Of a stretch of 32,000 bases of DNA, positions 9,936-20,131 are shown one piece after another (position 1 is the first letter of the stretch; each line of letters starts with the position of its first letter). The stretch spans positions 240,001 to 272,000 of the forward strand of contig NZ_CP046578.1 in NCBI RefSeq assembly GCF_013365455.1, written 5' to 3'. The DNA comes from Wolbachia endosymbiont of Dirofilaria (Dirofilaria) immitis. Its GTDB lineage: Bacteria; Pseudomonadota; Alphaproteobacteria; Rickettsiales; Anaplasmataceae. The notes beneath the pieces are model-generated. The model was given only the letters and a program-made list of their open reading frames with translations, was not told where the DNA came from and ran no database searches. A program made the translations under genes and the position numbers.

Positions 9936-10860
9936 AAGAAACCTTGTAGCTCAAAAACTGTCAGTGGCACTGCTAGGTCTTACGTTTACTCATTTTATAT
10001 AAAAAAGCATTCTATTTTAGAAAAAGAACCAATGCCAATGCTGTTAAGAGAGGTACTTATTTCTAGATAATTATTTTATGTTAAACATACACCAATAGTG
10101 CGTTCTTCACCTATAGCCCTTGCCTGCCAAATGTTTGTTCTATAGCATCTTCTTATGCACTAAGAGTTTAATACGCCTTTACTTATCAAAGCTCAGGTCG
10201 AGCAAGATTTTTCCAATGAACTCCTGCTCAATAAACTTTTTCCTAAATAACACTTTTGCTAGGCTAATCTTTCTATTGGGAAGAGTAGACAATAATTTTT
10301 CCCTTCTTGTTTAAATTCTAATTTTATTTGTGCTTAAATCCTCTTACAGTATAACTTTTAGAGCTTTCATTTTTGCAGTTTCTAATACCAGTTTTAATAT
10401 CTGAGATGTATAAGTAATGTTTTTGCTATCTCTAGCTTTAGTTTGGTAGGCAATACATAAAAGCTGTATCTTCACATATGCTAGCTATTGGCCTGAACAC
10501 TAAAAATATAATGTTGTGAAAGCCGTTAGTGTAACGTAGTGCTCTACAATATGTAACTTATTTACCTTTAGTACTAATATTGGATATCCTTTTCTCCAAT
10601 GTAATAATTCGTCACTTACTACTGATGGTAATAGACGTTAAAAATGATTTCACATCTTCTAGTCAAACATGTTGTATTAGTAGTGCTTGGCCCTGCTCCT
10701 TTCATATGATTCTGTTTCTCTGATTGAAAAAAAGGATATTTTTTATATTAAGCATGTTGAGTCCCTCAATAATTTATTACTACTATACAGTAAAAAAAGA
10801 AAATAGTGATAAACTCCTCTTTCTTTTTAATGAAGAACTGCTTCTCACATTTCCTGTTTT

Positions 10861-11820
10861 TTAACTCTTTACGCTTATGCATTCTAGGAATTTTTCTGCA
10901 TCAAGCGCAGCCATACACCCTGTGCCTGCTGCGACTACTGCCTGCCGGTACACCTTGTCTTGGACATCACCTGCAGCAAACACCCCTGCTCTGCTAGTTA
11001 TAGTTGTACCAGGCCTTGTGATTACGTAGCCCTGCTGATCCATTTCAACAAAGCCTTTTAAAATACCTGTATTTGGTGTATGCCCAATTGCAATAAACAC
11101 TCCATCTACTTTCAATTTTTGTATTTTGTTAGTCTCTGTTGATTTTATTATAATACCAGTAACTTTTTTTGGGTTTTCTTCTCCAAGAATTTGTTCTACA
11201 GTATGATTCCACATTACTTTTACCTTATCTTTTTTGAAGAGCCTGTCTTGCATTATCTTTTCTGCTCTTAATTTATTGCGCCTGTGTATTATTATAACTT
11301 CTTTGGCAAATTGGGTTAAAAATATTGCTTCTTCAGCAGAGGTATTCCCGCCACCAATCACAGCTACGACTTTATTTCTAAAGAATGCACCATCACAAGT
11401 TGCACAGGCTGAAACTCCATACCCTTGAAAATCTTTTTCACTCTTGAGACCAAGCCATTTAGCTTGTGCGCCAGATGCAATTATAACTGTACCTGAATAG
11501 TAACTATTAGTGTTACCAAAGGACTTAAATCTATATTCATTAGAGCCTTCAAGTTGTTCAATACTCTTTATTTCATCGTCTACTATTTTCGCACCAACTT
11601 TCTCTGCATGTAATCTTTTTTGCTCCATGAGCTTTGGTCCTTGTATTGAAATAAAGCCAGGATAATTTTCAACACCTGTAGTAATCATAAGCTGACCACC
11701 AGGTTGCATCCCTGTTACTACAATTGGCTCTAGATTTGCACGCGCTGCATATATAGCAGCAGCGTAACCAGCTACTCCAGATCCGATAATAAGAACTTTT
11801 GTATTAAATGGCTTCATCAT
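10861..11820 (-). CDS. trxB: Thioredoxin-disulfide reductase
   Basis: KVLIIGSGVAGYAAAIYAARANLEPIVVTGMQPGGQLMITTGVENYPGF and the redox motif SACATCDGAFFRNKVVAVIGGGNTSAEEA. Confidence 0.96.
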   Translation of the reverse strand: MMKPFNTKVLIIGSGVAGYAAAIYAARANLEPIVVTGMQPGGQLMITTGVENYPGFISIQGPKLMEQKRLHAEKVGAKIVDDEIKSIEQLEGSNEYRFKSFGNTNSYYSGTVIIASGAQAKWLGLKSEKDFQGYGVSACATCDGAFFRNKVVAVIGGGNTSAEEAIFLTQFAKEVIIIHRRNKLRAEKIMQDRLFKKDKVKVMWNHTVEQILGEENPKKVTGIIIKSTETNKIQKLKVDGVFIAIGHTPNTGILKGFVEMDQQGYVITRPGTTITSRAGVFAAGDVQDKVYRQAVVAAGTGCMAALDAEKFLECISVKS

Positions 11821-12440
11821 AATTCTTCACTGTATGAATTTAAGTAGTCAGCTATACCTTCGTTACTTGCTTGTATTGCTGGCTTGCCTTTCTTCCACCC
11901 AGCTGGACATACTTCACCGTACTCTTTGTTATGCTTGACTGCGTCAATGATTCTAATGAATTCATTGATATTGCGTCCTAAAGGTAGATCATTTACAGAT
12001 TGATGACGTATAATAAACTCATCATCAATAATAAAGGTAGCTCTCAGTGCAATTGAGTTATCGTATAATACTCCATAGTCTCTTGATATAGACTTTTTGA
12101 TATCAGAAACCAAAGTATAGCTAACCTCTCCGATACCACCATCATTGACTAAAGTCTCTCGCCATTTACAATGTGAGAATTTTGAATCTACACTTACTCC
12201 TATGACTTCGGCACCACGTTTTGAAAAGTCCTCTATTTTATTACTAAATGATATCAATTCAGTTGGACAAACAAAAGTAAAATCGAGTGGATAGAAAAAA
12301 AGGACAGCGTATTTATCTTTTACATGCTTGCTTAGACAGAAATCATCAACTATTTCCCCATCAGAGAGAACAGCAGGGGCGATAAAATCAACAGCAGATT
12401 TTGTTACAAGATTCATAACTAACCTCTTTATTTTAAACAA
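11817..12440 (-). CDS. 2-Cys peroxiredoxin (AhpC/Prx type); true start may be ATG at 12416
   Basis: YAVLFFYPLDFTFVCPTELISFSNKIEDF...GRNINEFIRIIDAVKHNKEYGEVCPAGWKKGKPAI. Stop overlaps the trxB start. Confidence 0.94.
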   Translation of the reverse strand: MFKIKRLVMNLVTKSAVDFIAPAVLSDGEIVDDFCLSKHVKDKYAVLFFYPLDFTFVCPTELISFSNKIEDFSKRGAEVIGVSVDSKFSHCKWRETLVNDGGIGEVSYTLVSDIKKSISRDYGVLYDNSIALRATFIIDDEFIIRHQSVNDLPLGRNINEFIRIIDAVKHNKEYGEVCPAGWKKGKPAIQASNEGIADYLNSYSEEL

Positions 12441-12531
12441 CTATAACTTTATAGCATGATGAATTTACATGCAAGTCTTCTTTTCTTAAGGATTTTTCTA
12501 ATTAGTTATTCCTACTGGCCTGAAGTACACT

Positions 12532-13737
12532 TTAAGCTAATAATGGACCATCAGGCATATTACTAATTACATTGATTTGATTTAATATCTTGTTAGTAGG
12601 GTAAAAATAGTTTTTTATGAACTCTTTATATATAGCTGTCAGTTTATATATATCGTCTACTGACGCACATTCATTTACCTGGTGTGTAGTTTTATTAATC
12701 ATACCAAATTCAATCACTGGACACACATTTTTGATAAACGCAGCATCAGACGTACCGCCGCTTGTGCTCATTACAGCATTAATATTGGTGACTTTATTTA
12801 TTGCGTCAAGCATAATATCAGTGTTCCTATCAGGCATGGAAAGGAAAGCTCCCCTACTAATGTGAATAGAGAGTTTATAATCGTTAGTCACGCTAGAGCA
12901 TATTTCATCGATTAATTTAAATAAAGTGTTAGGTGTTTGTATATCGTTATATCGAATATTGAAATTTGCAACTATTACATCGGGTATTATATTATTATTG
13001 TTGTTTCCGACATCAATAGTAGTAACCTCGCAGTTTGAAGGCTGAAAGTGTTTATTACCATTGTCAAAAGTAGTATTTCTTATTCTATTTAATATTGATA
13101 TCATCTTATATATTGGATTATCAGCTAAATCTGGGTAAGCAACATGTCCTTGTTTTCCATAACAAATTAATTTGAATATTGCAGATCCTCTTCTGCCTAT
13201 TTTTATGGTATCGCCTAGTTTTTCACTACTAGTTGGTTCGGCAATTACACAATAGTCTATCTTCTTTTGCTTACTTTCCATCCATTCTAAAACTGCTTTT
13301 GTTCCATATTCTTCCATACTTTCTTCAGCACTGGTAATCAATGTACTTATCGAACCATTAAACTGAAATTTTTCTACAACAAAATTTACCATAGCAGCAA
13401 TAAATGCAGCTACTCCGCTTTTCATATCAGCTGCTCCTCTTCCATACAATATTCCGCCTCTGACTTTTGGATTAAATGGATCAGATATCCAATCTTTTAA
13501 TTGACCTGGTGGTACAACATCAATATGTCCAGCAAAACATAAATTTGGTACTCCATTTATATATTTTGCATAGAGACTTTTAACTTTAGCTTTGTTATTA
13601 CCGAACTCTAAAATCTTACACTTAAAGCCACTTTTCTTGAGAATTGCTGCTATATACTCTATTGCTCCATCGTCTTTTGGTGTTATACTCTTGAAAGAAA
13701 TCAACTTCTTAGTTAGCTCTACAGGGTCAATCTTCAT
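12532..13737 (-). CDS. dapE: Succinyl-diaminopimelate desuccinylase
   Basis: M20 peptidase features: NLCFAGHIDVVPPGQLKDWISDPFNPKVRGGILYGRGAADMKSG, STSGGTSDAAFI, and FGMINKTTHQVNECASVDDI. Confidence 0.92.
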   Translation of the reverse strand: MKIDPVELTKKLISFKSITPKDDGAIEYIAAILKKSGFKCKILEFGNNKAKVKSLYAKYINGVPNLCFAGHIDVVPPGQLKDWISDPFNPKVRGGILYGRGAADMKSGVAAFIAAMVNFVVEKFQFNGSISTLITSAEESMEEYGTKAVLEWMESKQKKIDYCVIAEPTSSEKLGDTIKIGRRGSAIFKLICYGKQGHVAYPDLADNPIYKMISILNRIRNTTFDNGNKHFQPSNCEVTTIDVGNNNNNIIPDVIVANFNIRYNDIQTPNTLFKLIDEICSSVTNDYKLSIHISRGAFLSMPDRNTDIMLDAINKVTNINAVMSTSGGTSDAAFIKNVCPVIEFGMINKTTHQVNECASVDDIYKLTAIYKEFIKNYFYPTNKILNQINVISNMPDGPLLA

Positions 13738-13755
13738 GTCAATCTTGAAATACTG

Positions 13756-15204
13756 ATGTTGCTATATTGTAAACATTCTATGCATTATTTAAAACAAATA
13801 TTACACCAAGCTAAACAAACTCTTATAAGGGAGGTAATAGTAGATCGTCATCTTGTTGATAGTATACATGAAATATGTACACAATATGGAAATGACATTT
13901 TTCTGGTTGCAGATGAAAATACAGCAGAATTTTTGAGCAAAAACACATTTAATAAAATTTCTCACTTAATTATTCCTAGTAGTATTATTAGGCCTCTTGC
14001 AAAACCATATGTCATTTTAAATGCTTCTGAAATTTTGTCATCTCAGTATTCTGACATTGGGATCCAGAAAAAAGGAGTATGGATCCCAATGTCAAGCACT
14101 AGAATGATACCAAGCGGAGAAATGATACTAAACAGAGCTGCTTCTCTTGAAACTGTCAACTTAGTTAGAGATAGGGCAAAAGATAGTGATTTAATAGTTG
14201 CACTTGGTAGTGGCACTATTAACGATATCTGTAAGTATGCAAGTTACCTAGAGGGCAAAAACTACATATCCTTTCCAACAGCTGCTTCTATGAATGGATA
14301 TACCTCTGCAAACGCTTCTATCTTAGTAGACGGATATAAAAGGTCTTTCGTAGCACACCTTCCCAAGGCAATATATATTGATACCAATATAATTGCTAAT
14401 GCACCACTTCGCCTGACATTAAGCGGATTTGCAGATTTCATTTGTCGTTCAACAGTGCAAGCTGATTGGCTATTATCTCATCTATTGCTTGGCACAGAAT
14501 ATAATGAATTACCTTTCACACTTGTTCGTGATCTAGAGGAAATTTTACTCAGAGAGTATCTTGCGCTCTCAGAAAGAAGCAAAAAAGTGGTCTTATTACT
14601 TATGGAAGCCTTGCTGATTTCAGGACTTGGGATGGTAATATCGAAAGGCAGCTACTCTGCAAGTCAAGGAGAACATATAATAGCTCATACAATGGAGATG
14701 GTAACAAAAGATTATTTTTCTGCATTACATGGTGAAAAAATTGCTGTTGCGATGATCACTATGGCTAATTTGCAGGAAAAGATATTGTCAATACAAAATC
14801 CCATCGTTAAACCAATAAGCTGCTTCAGTGTTATTCCAATGTCAAACGCTAAAATTCAAAAAGTGAATCAGTGTTATACTGCTTGGATGACAGAGGGCTT
14901 AACAGGGTGCTTTGATGGTACTGAATTTATAAAAATCCTAAAGCAAAAGCAAATTTTGCAGCAGAAGATTAAAGAGATCCTTTATAAGGAATGGAATAAT
15001 ATTTCTAACTTAATTAAGCAAAATTTGTTACCTGCGAAGCGCCTGCAAAAAATGTTTGAAGATTTATCAATTCCACATTTACCAGAACACCTTGGTTGGA
15101 ACAAAGAGCAGTATTGCAAAGTGGTTAGCTTTGCATTTACAGCAAGGGATAGATTCACCTTTCTTGATCTAGCTCACTGTATAGGAGAAAGTAAAGTGTT
15201 GTAG
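13756..15204 (+). CDS. sn-glycerol-1-phosphate dehydrogenase-like (AraM/EgsA-type iron-containing alcohol dehydrogenase fold)
   Basis: LIVALGSGTINDICKYASYLEGKNYISFPTAASMNGYTSANASILVDGYKRS, LSGFADFICRSTVQADWLLSHLLLG, and metal-site-like GEHIIAHTMEM / LHGEKIAVAM. Confidence 0.82.
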   Translation: MLLYCKHSMHYLKQILHQAKQTLIREVIVDRHLVDSIHEICTQYGNDIFLVADENTAEFLSKNTFNKISHLIIPSSIIRPLAKPYVILNASEILSSQYSDIGIQKKGVWIPMSSTRMIPSGEMILNRAASLETVNLVRDRAKDSDLIVALGSGTINDICKYASYLEGKNYISFPTAASMNGYTSANASILVDGYKRSFVAHLPKAIYIDTNIIANAPLRLTLSGFADFICRSTVQADWLLSHLLLGTEYNELPFTLVRDLEEILLREYLALSERSKKVVLLLMEALLISGLGMVISKGSYSASQGEHIIAHTMEMVTKDYFSALHGEKIAVAMITMANLQEKILSIQNPIVKPISCFSVIPMSNAKIQKVNQCYTAWMTEGLTGCFDGTEFIKILKQKQILQQKIKEILYKEWNNISNLIKQNLLPAKRLQKMFEDLSIPHLPEHLGWNKEQYCKVVSFAFTARDRFTFLDLAHCIGESKVL

Positions 15205-15764
15205 CTAAAGATAATTTAAGAAATTGTTGATGTTTTTATTTCCTAGTAATTGCTCTATATTTGCTTAGGTAAAAGTTGATATAACTCACTATAACGGACT
15301 TTGCTTGTTGTAATTTTTATGCTTTCGGGTAACAGTGCAATACTTGACATCAATAGACTTTTTTGTCGAGTGGGTGAACTTGATATCCTCTATTATGTTA
15401 TTAGTAGGTTTAATAAATTTACTACTATTCTTAAATAGATAATTATTCCTACTACAGCGTATAGTTTTAGAAGAAAATTGGAAGCTTAAAGTGCTTTTCT
15501 TTTTGTTATTAAGCGAAATTGCTAGTGTTAAAATCAGGACATTTTCAATGCTTCAATTACCACAATATCCAGCAATTGACTAGATATAATTTGATTTCTT
15601 TGAGGGAGAAAGAATATTAAAGTTTTAGCTATAGCAAACGGAAAGCTCAGTAATCCTTCTATATGGGTCAAAGTTTTCTTTTGGGTATATATTATATTAA
15701 TTCTTTTGCTGCAGCAACAATGATTAGGTAATTTCTATATATTATACAATATTTGCTGCAATGT

Positions 15765-16178
15765 TTATTCTCTTGTAAATCCGGAGACAACGATGAAACC
15801 GGCTTTGATCAAATCAAATACCAGCTTACTGGCAGGATCTTCCTTATTTACTGAAGAGTTAAGCTTATTGATTATTATAATCATCTCATGACTTAATGAT
15901 GACATACAGCTAAGTGTAGCTGTACAGAGGAGGTAATCTTATATGCTTCTTTTAAAGTGCTGGATAACCTGAAATGACATACAGGTATGATTTTAGCTTC
16001 GGTTTTCTTTGCACTATTGGTTCTTTTCATGTATCTTGAACACTATATAACTTTTTGTTGAGTTCTTTGTCTACAACTCACACGCTCTCTTAGTCATGGA
16101 AGGCTTAGTTAGCCTAAAGCTTTTAGCTAAACTCAACTATGTCTCTAGTTCCTTATTATTTAATTTACTTGTCTTCAT
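15765..16178 (-). pseudogene. Unidentified decayed ORF with in-frame stops
   Basis: One reverse frame from ATG 16178: MKTSKLNNKELET*LSLAKSFRLTKPSMTKRACEL*TKNSTKSYIVFKIHEKNQ*CKENRS*NHTCMSFQVIQHFKRSI*DYLLCTATLSCMSSLSHEMIIIINKLNSSVNKEDPASKLVFDLIKAGFIVVSGFTRE*. The last 57 aa are open; five in-frame stops precede them. Confidence 0.4.
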
Positions 16179-16307
16179 GAAGAAGTTTTCTTCTAACTAC
16201 TTGGAAGTGACTTAATGTTTGTTAGCATTTAAACTATAATAATAATGAAAAAGTTTGAATTTCTTGTCAATTTAGTGTACCAAAGATGGGTAAATATACA
16301 TTGTTTT

Positions 16308-16682
16308 ATGACACATTTTATTACGGATAAATGTATAAAATGTAAATATACAGATTGTGTAGAGGTGTGTCCTGTTGACTGCTTCTATGAAGGTAAAAAC
16401 ATGCTTGTAATTAATCCAGATGAATGTATTGATTGCGGGGTATGCATACCTGAATGTCCAGTGGATGCAATCGTAACTGATGATTCTATAAAAGATATTT
16501 TAGAATTAAATGAAGAGTTACTGAGTAAAGAACAAAAAAATTTTAAGTTATTTTACGATATAAATGTAGAATATTCGCGGAAATGGCCAAATATTACGGC
16601 TAAAAAACAACCTTTGAATACTGCAGAAGAGTATAAGGAAAGAAAAGACAAAACAGCTTATTTTGATGAGAACCTAGAATAA
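16308..16682 (+). CDS. fdxA: FdxA-type ferredoxin (ORF track start 16245 likely too far upstream)
   Basis: [58 protein letters not shown], with seven-iron/4Fe-4S ferredoxin cysteine spacing. Confidence 0.93.
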   Translation: MTHFITDKCIKCKYTDCVEVCPVDCFYEGKNMLVINPDECIDCGVCIPECPVDAIVTDDSIKDILELNEELLSKEQKNFKLFYDINVEYSRKWPNITAKKQPLNTAEEYKERKDKTAYFDENLE

Positions 16683-17344
16683 TATCATTCATTGAGGAAA
16701 AGAAAAGCTTCTCTTAGTGTCTTATGCTGGTTATTTTGTTTGCATTTAACAGCATGTAATTTAGCTAATTTACTTAGAAATAAGTTAATCTAAATAGTAA
16801 CATAATAGTTTTATTACTGTTTAATTATTAATAGATAATGTATTTAAAATAGCCATATTAGCGCGGGACATGAGTTACAGCAAACCGTGTAAAAACTACT
16901 AAAGGTGCTATAGTGTATTTAATTGACTAAGTTATATTTTTAGTCTATTACTCATTGTTTTATTTATATTATTAGTATTAGGGGAGAGGTGAACCTCCTT
17001 TACTGGTATTTTTAATCATGTCTTTCCTAATGTTGATATAGCTATTGAAAGTTACTTATAAGCAAGTGGTAAGTATATAATAGTAGGGTAGTAAGTAAGA
17101 AATGAGGAAGAAACATCTAATAGATTTGTAAAAGGGAATGGGTTAGAATAAAAGAATATTTCAGAGTTCAGTGGTATAGGAAAAGAAAGTAAGTCATCAA
17201 AATATGGAAAAGAAGAATATTAAATTCAATTCTATACATATTACATACAGAATACTTAATAAAGGTACTTATTACACAATTTTCTGTTATGAAAAGCAGT
17301 GAATGAACAATTCAAAAAGTTGAAGAAGCATGGAATCTGTCTAT

Positions 17345-17575
17345 TTAAATTGCAGAAAAATGGGAGTTAAAGGCTATGATGGGAGTGGAAAAGTAAAGGG
17401 TGAGAAAAAAGACATAATAGACTTTGGATGTACAGAAATCATTACCTAAGTTGCTATCAACTAAAAAGTAAGGATCTAAATGTAGCTCAGTAAATGGGTT
17501 ACTAAAAGGGTTTCTATTTATTGAATCAACAGGATAGAAAGCACCAAAGAAACAAAATTTATTTGTAACATTCAC
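17345..17575 (-). other. Unassigned 76-aa ORF in a gene-poor region; coding status unknown
   Basis: Only ORF support: MNVTNKFCFFGAFYPVDSINRNPFSNPFTELHLDPYFLVDSNLGNDFC...; no recognised motif. Confidence 0.15.
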
Positions 17576-17683
17576 TGATGGTTTTATATGCCTTGCTGTA
17601 AATGTGATTGTGGTAGAAAGGAATTTCCCACAATTTTACTGATTGGTGAATGATATCTAGGAGAATACTTTTAAACATCAATA

Positions 17684-17707
17684 AAAGAACAGGATATCCT
17701 GTTCTTT
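17684..17707. repeat. Perfect 24-bp palindrome AAAGAACAGGATATCCTGTTCTTT
   Basis: Read directly; 12-bp arms with no loop. Confidence 0.9.
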
Positions 17708-17763
17708 AAGAGAACACCGGTTGCTAATAGTGCCTTTACTGCAAAAGCTTCAATGTTCTGATA

Positions 17764-18204
17764 CTAAATTGTACAACTTTTCATTGTAATATCAGCAAGT
17801 GATCTAAAGTCTTTTTCTGCTCTAGATAACTTTCTATGTTCTCCCTTTAATGTTTTTATTTCTTTAAAAATTTTTGCACGAAGGTAGCGAATTTCTTATT
17901 ATTTACGGTATGACTATAAAGCTCTTATAATGGATCTTCAAAGATATCATTTCGGTTATTACTAGCATAAATATTTACTGCATGTTTATAAAGAAGTTTA
18001 TTAAATCAGGAAGTTGTTCTTTAAAATTGACCATCTACCTAGTTCATTGATGATTGACGAACAATCGCTGATGTAAAATAGTATTTCTTCTCTATTATCT
18101 CTTATCTCTACTTTATTAACGCTTGTTTCACTTTCTAGTAGAAGTCTTGTTATTTTTATATCTAATAATAACTTTACTGCTTCTTTATTCTTATTTTTTC
18201 TCAT
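17764..18204 (-). pseudogene. Possible decayed, charged/coiled-coil-like protein gene in several frames
   Basis: Consecutive reverse-strand fragments: MRKNKNKEAVKLLLDIKITRLLLESETSVNKVEIRDNREEILFYISDCSSIINELGRWSILKNNFLI*, NKLLYKHAVNIYASNNRNDIFEDPL*ELYSHTVNNKKFATF, YLRAKIFKEIKTLKGEHRKLSRAEKDFRSLADITMKSCTI*. Confidence 0.35.
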
Positions 18205-19826
18205 ATAAATAGTGCTATGAGTTTTAGTATAGCTATCTCTTATATAAAGTTAGTTAACTTCTTTAGTAAAGATTTAATTAGTAGTACACGTGTAGCTTCT
18301 TTTCTCTGCGATCAATTGCGCTATGCAAGAACGTTTATTTCTGATCTGATACTATAACTATTGTGTAACTTGAACCTAAAACTTAGATTGACTTATATTC
18401 TTTTTACTTTATTATATATGAAAATCTTTCCTTGGCTAATTTTTTATTTCTTCGTAAATTTGGTATGATTAATCTTACTATGGTCAATATATCACTTATC
18501 CTTGCAAATATGTTGATCAACTTTTTGAAATGGGGCTCATTTTTTTGTACTGTATTATTAAGATAAAGCTGTTTAATGATATATGGTAAACCTGAAGAAG
18601 GTTAGGATTTTTGTTTTCGATGCTTATACCTATTACCGTAAAACATAGTTGCCTATAGTTTTGAAAGAGAGTTAGTATCAAGTTATCAATAAACTACTTA
18701 TGAGATAAGTTTTATGGAAAGTAGAGCTAAAACTTGGTCTATTTAGCCGATTGGTGACCAAGTTATTATATTTAGTAAAATACTGATAATCTATACTTTT
18801 ACAAGTGTGAGTTTTAAAAAAAGAGCTTAGACCTACAATTATGTAAGTTGTATTGGCAAGTTTAGCATGTGCTTGAACTTTTGCCATCTCACGATTTTTC
18901 AGTGGTGATTGCAATTGGAGCTCATTTGGTTTTATTTGAACTACTCATTTGAACGTGCCTGTTTTCCTCTTACCTGATTTGAACTGATATTTTCAATTAA
19001 TACAGACAATTTCAAGCCTTCCTATGTTGGTGATTTGAGCGTTTTTTTATAGTTTGTTTGCTAAGGTTATATGTTGGAAAACCTGATTGTATACATAATG
19101 CTATTTTATGTGTTGATGCTTGCATTCATGTTTTTATCTAAACATGTTTTCAGAGAGCTATTTTAAAAGTACTTAATAAAGAGCTTAATTAATAAGAACG
19201 GTAATGTATTCTATACTTGTGGTGCTGGGATTAAGGGGTATCTAGGTAACCTTAACAGTAGGTGCTATTACTTCTGGAGTATTTCTGATCTTTAACATCT
19301 CAAGAGTTTTGGGATTATTGAGCAACTCAGAGTTTTATGTAAGGGAATCAGATGAAGCAATTGCGATTGTTGGTTTGGTCTTGTAATCAGTGCTCCCTAA
19401 TTGCAGGTTGAACCTAAAATTTATCTAGAATGGAAGGTACACAATCTCTTCTCTATTATATAGAGTGTTTCAATTATCATTTTGCTATGTGGCTATTTAA
19501 AAGTTTATATTATATGCTTTTATATGTTGACGTTTGGTCTTCTTGCAGGGCACATGTGCTTGATTTTACTTGTTGGAAGCGAAATTGTGGAATGGTGATA
19601 TAAGCATATTATTGTCTATTATTAACAGATTTGTGTTTAAAATGAGGTAGAGAATTAGAGCGTTAATTCTAGCACTTCTTACAAGTTATCAAATAGTGTT
19701 TTTTGATATTTGGAGTGTTAGCAACTGCTAGTATTTTAAATTATGCTGTAAAAAAGGAATATCGTAAAATAAAGTAGCTGGGTCTAGAGTTAATTATTAT
19801 TTTATATTTGCATATTGTAATAAATT

Positions 19827-20126
19827 ATGGATTACGTTGTGACAAAAGACATAACAGTAATTAAAGCAACAATAGCTGAAGGTATCAAGAAATTGGATTG
19901 TCAAAAGAAGACTCCACTGCAATAATAGACGATATATTGGATAAAATAAAGATAAGCTTAGCAAAGGAAGGAATAATGAAAATATCATTATTTATTTGGG
20001 GCGTTCTTAGTTAAAAAAAGAAAGACCAGGGAATATACCAAAAACATCAGGAAGAATGGTGATTCAAGCGAGAAATTCGGTTTTTTTAGACCTTCAAAAG
20101 TAATAAAGAAATTAATTAATAAATAA
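19827..20126 (+). pseudogene. ihfA: Frameshifted integration host factor alpha subunit gene
   Basis: Across successive frames: MDYVVTKDITVIKATIAEGI / QEIGLSKEDSTAIIDDILDKIKISLAKEGIMKISLF / FGAFLVKKK / KERPGNIPKTSGRMVIQARNSVFF / FFRPSKVIKKLINK*. At least three frame changes. Confidence 0.85.
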
Positions 20127-20131
20127 GAAAG

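Noticed and set aside
15905-15924. Hairpin TACAGCTA-AGTG-TAGCTGTA as a terminator or ncRNA
   Set aside because: Perfect 8-bp stem but no following T-run, and it lies inside the candidate decayed ORF; too short to support a specific role.
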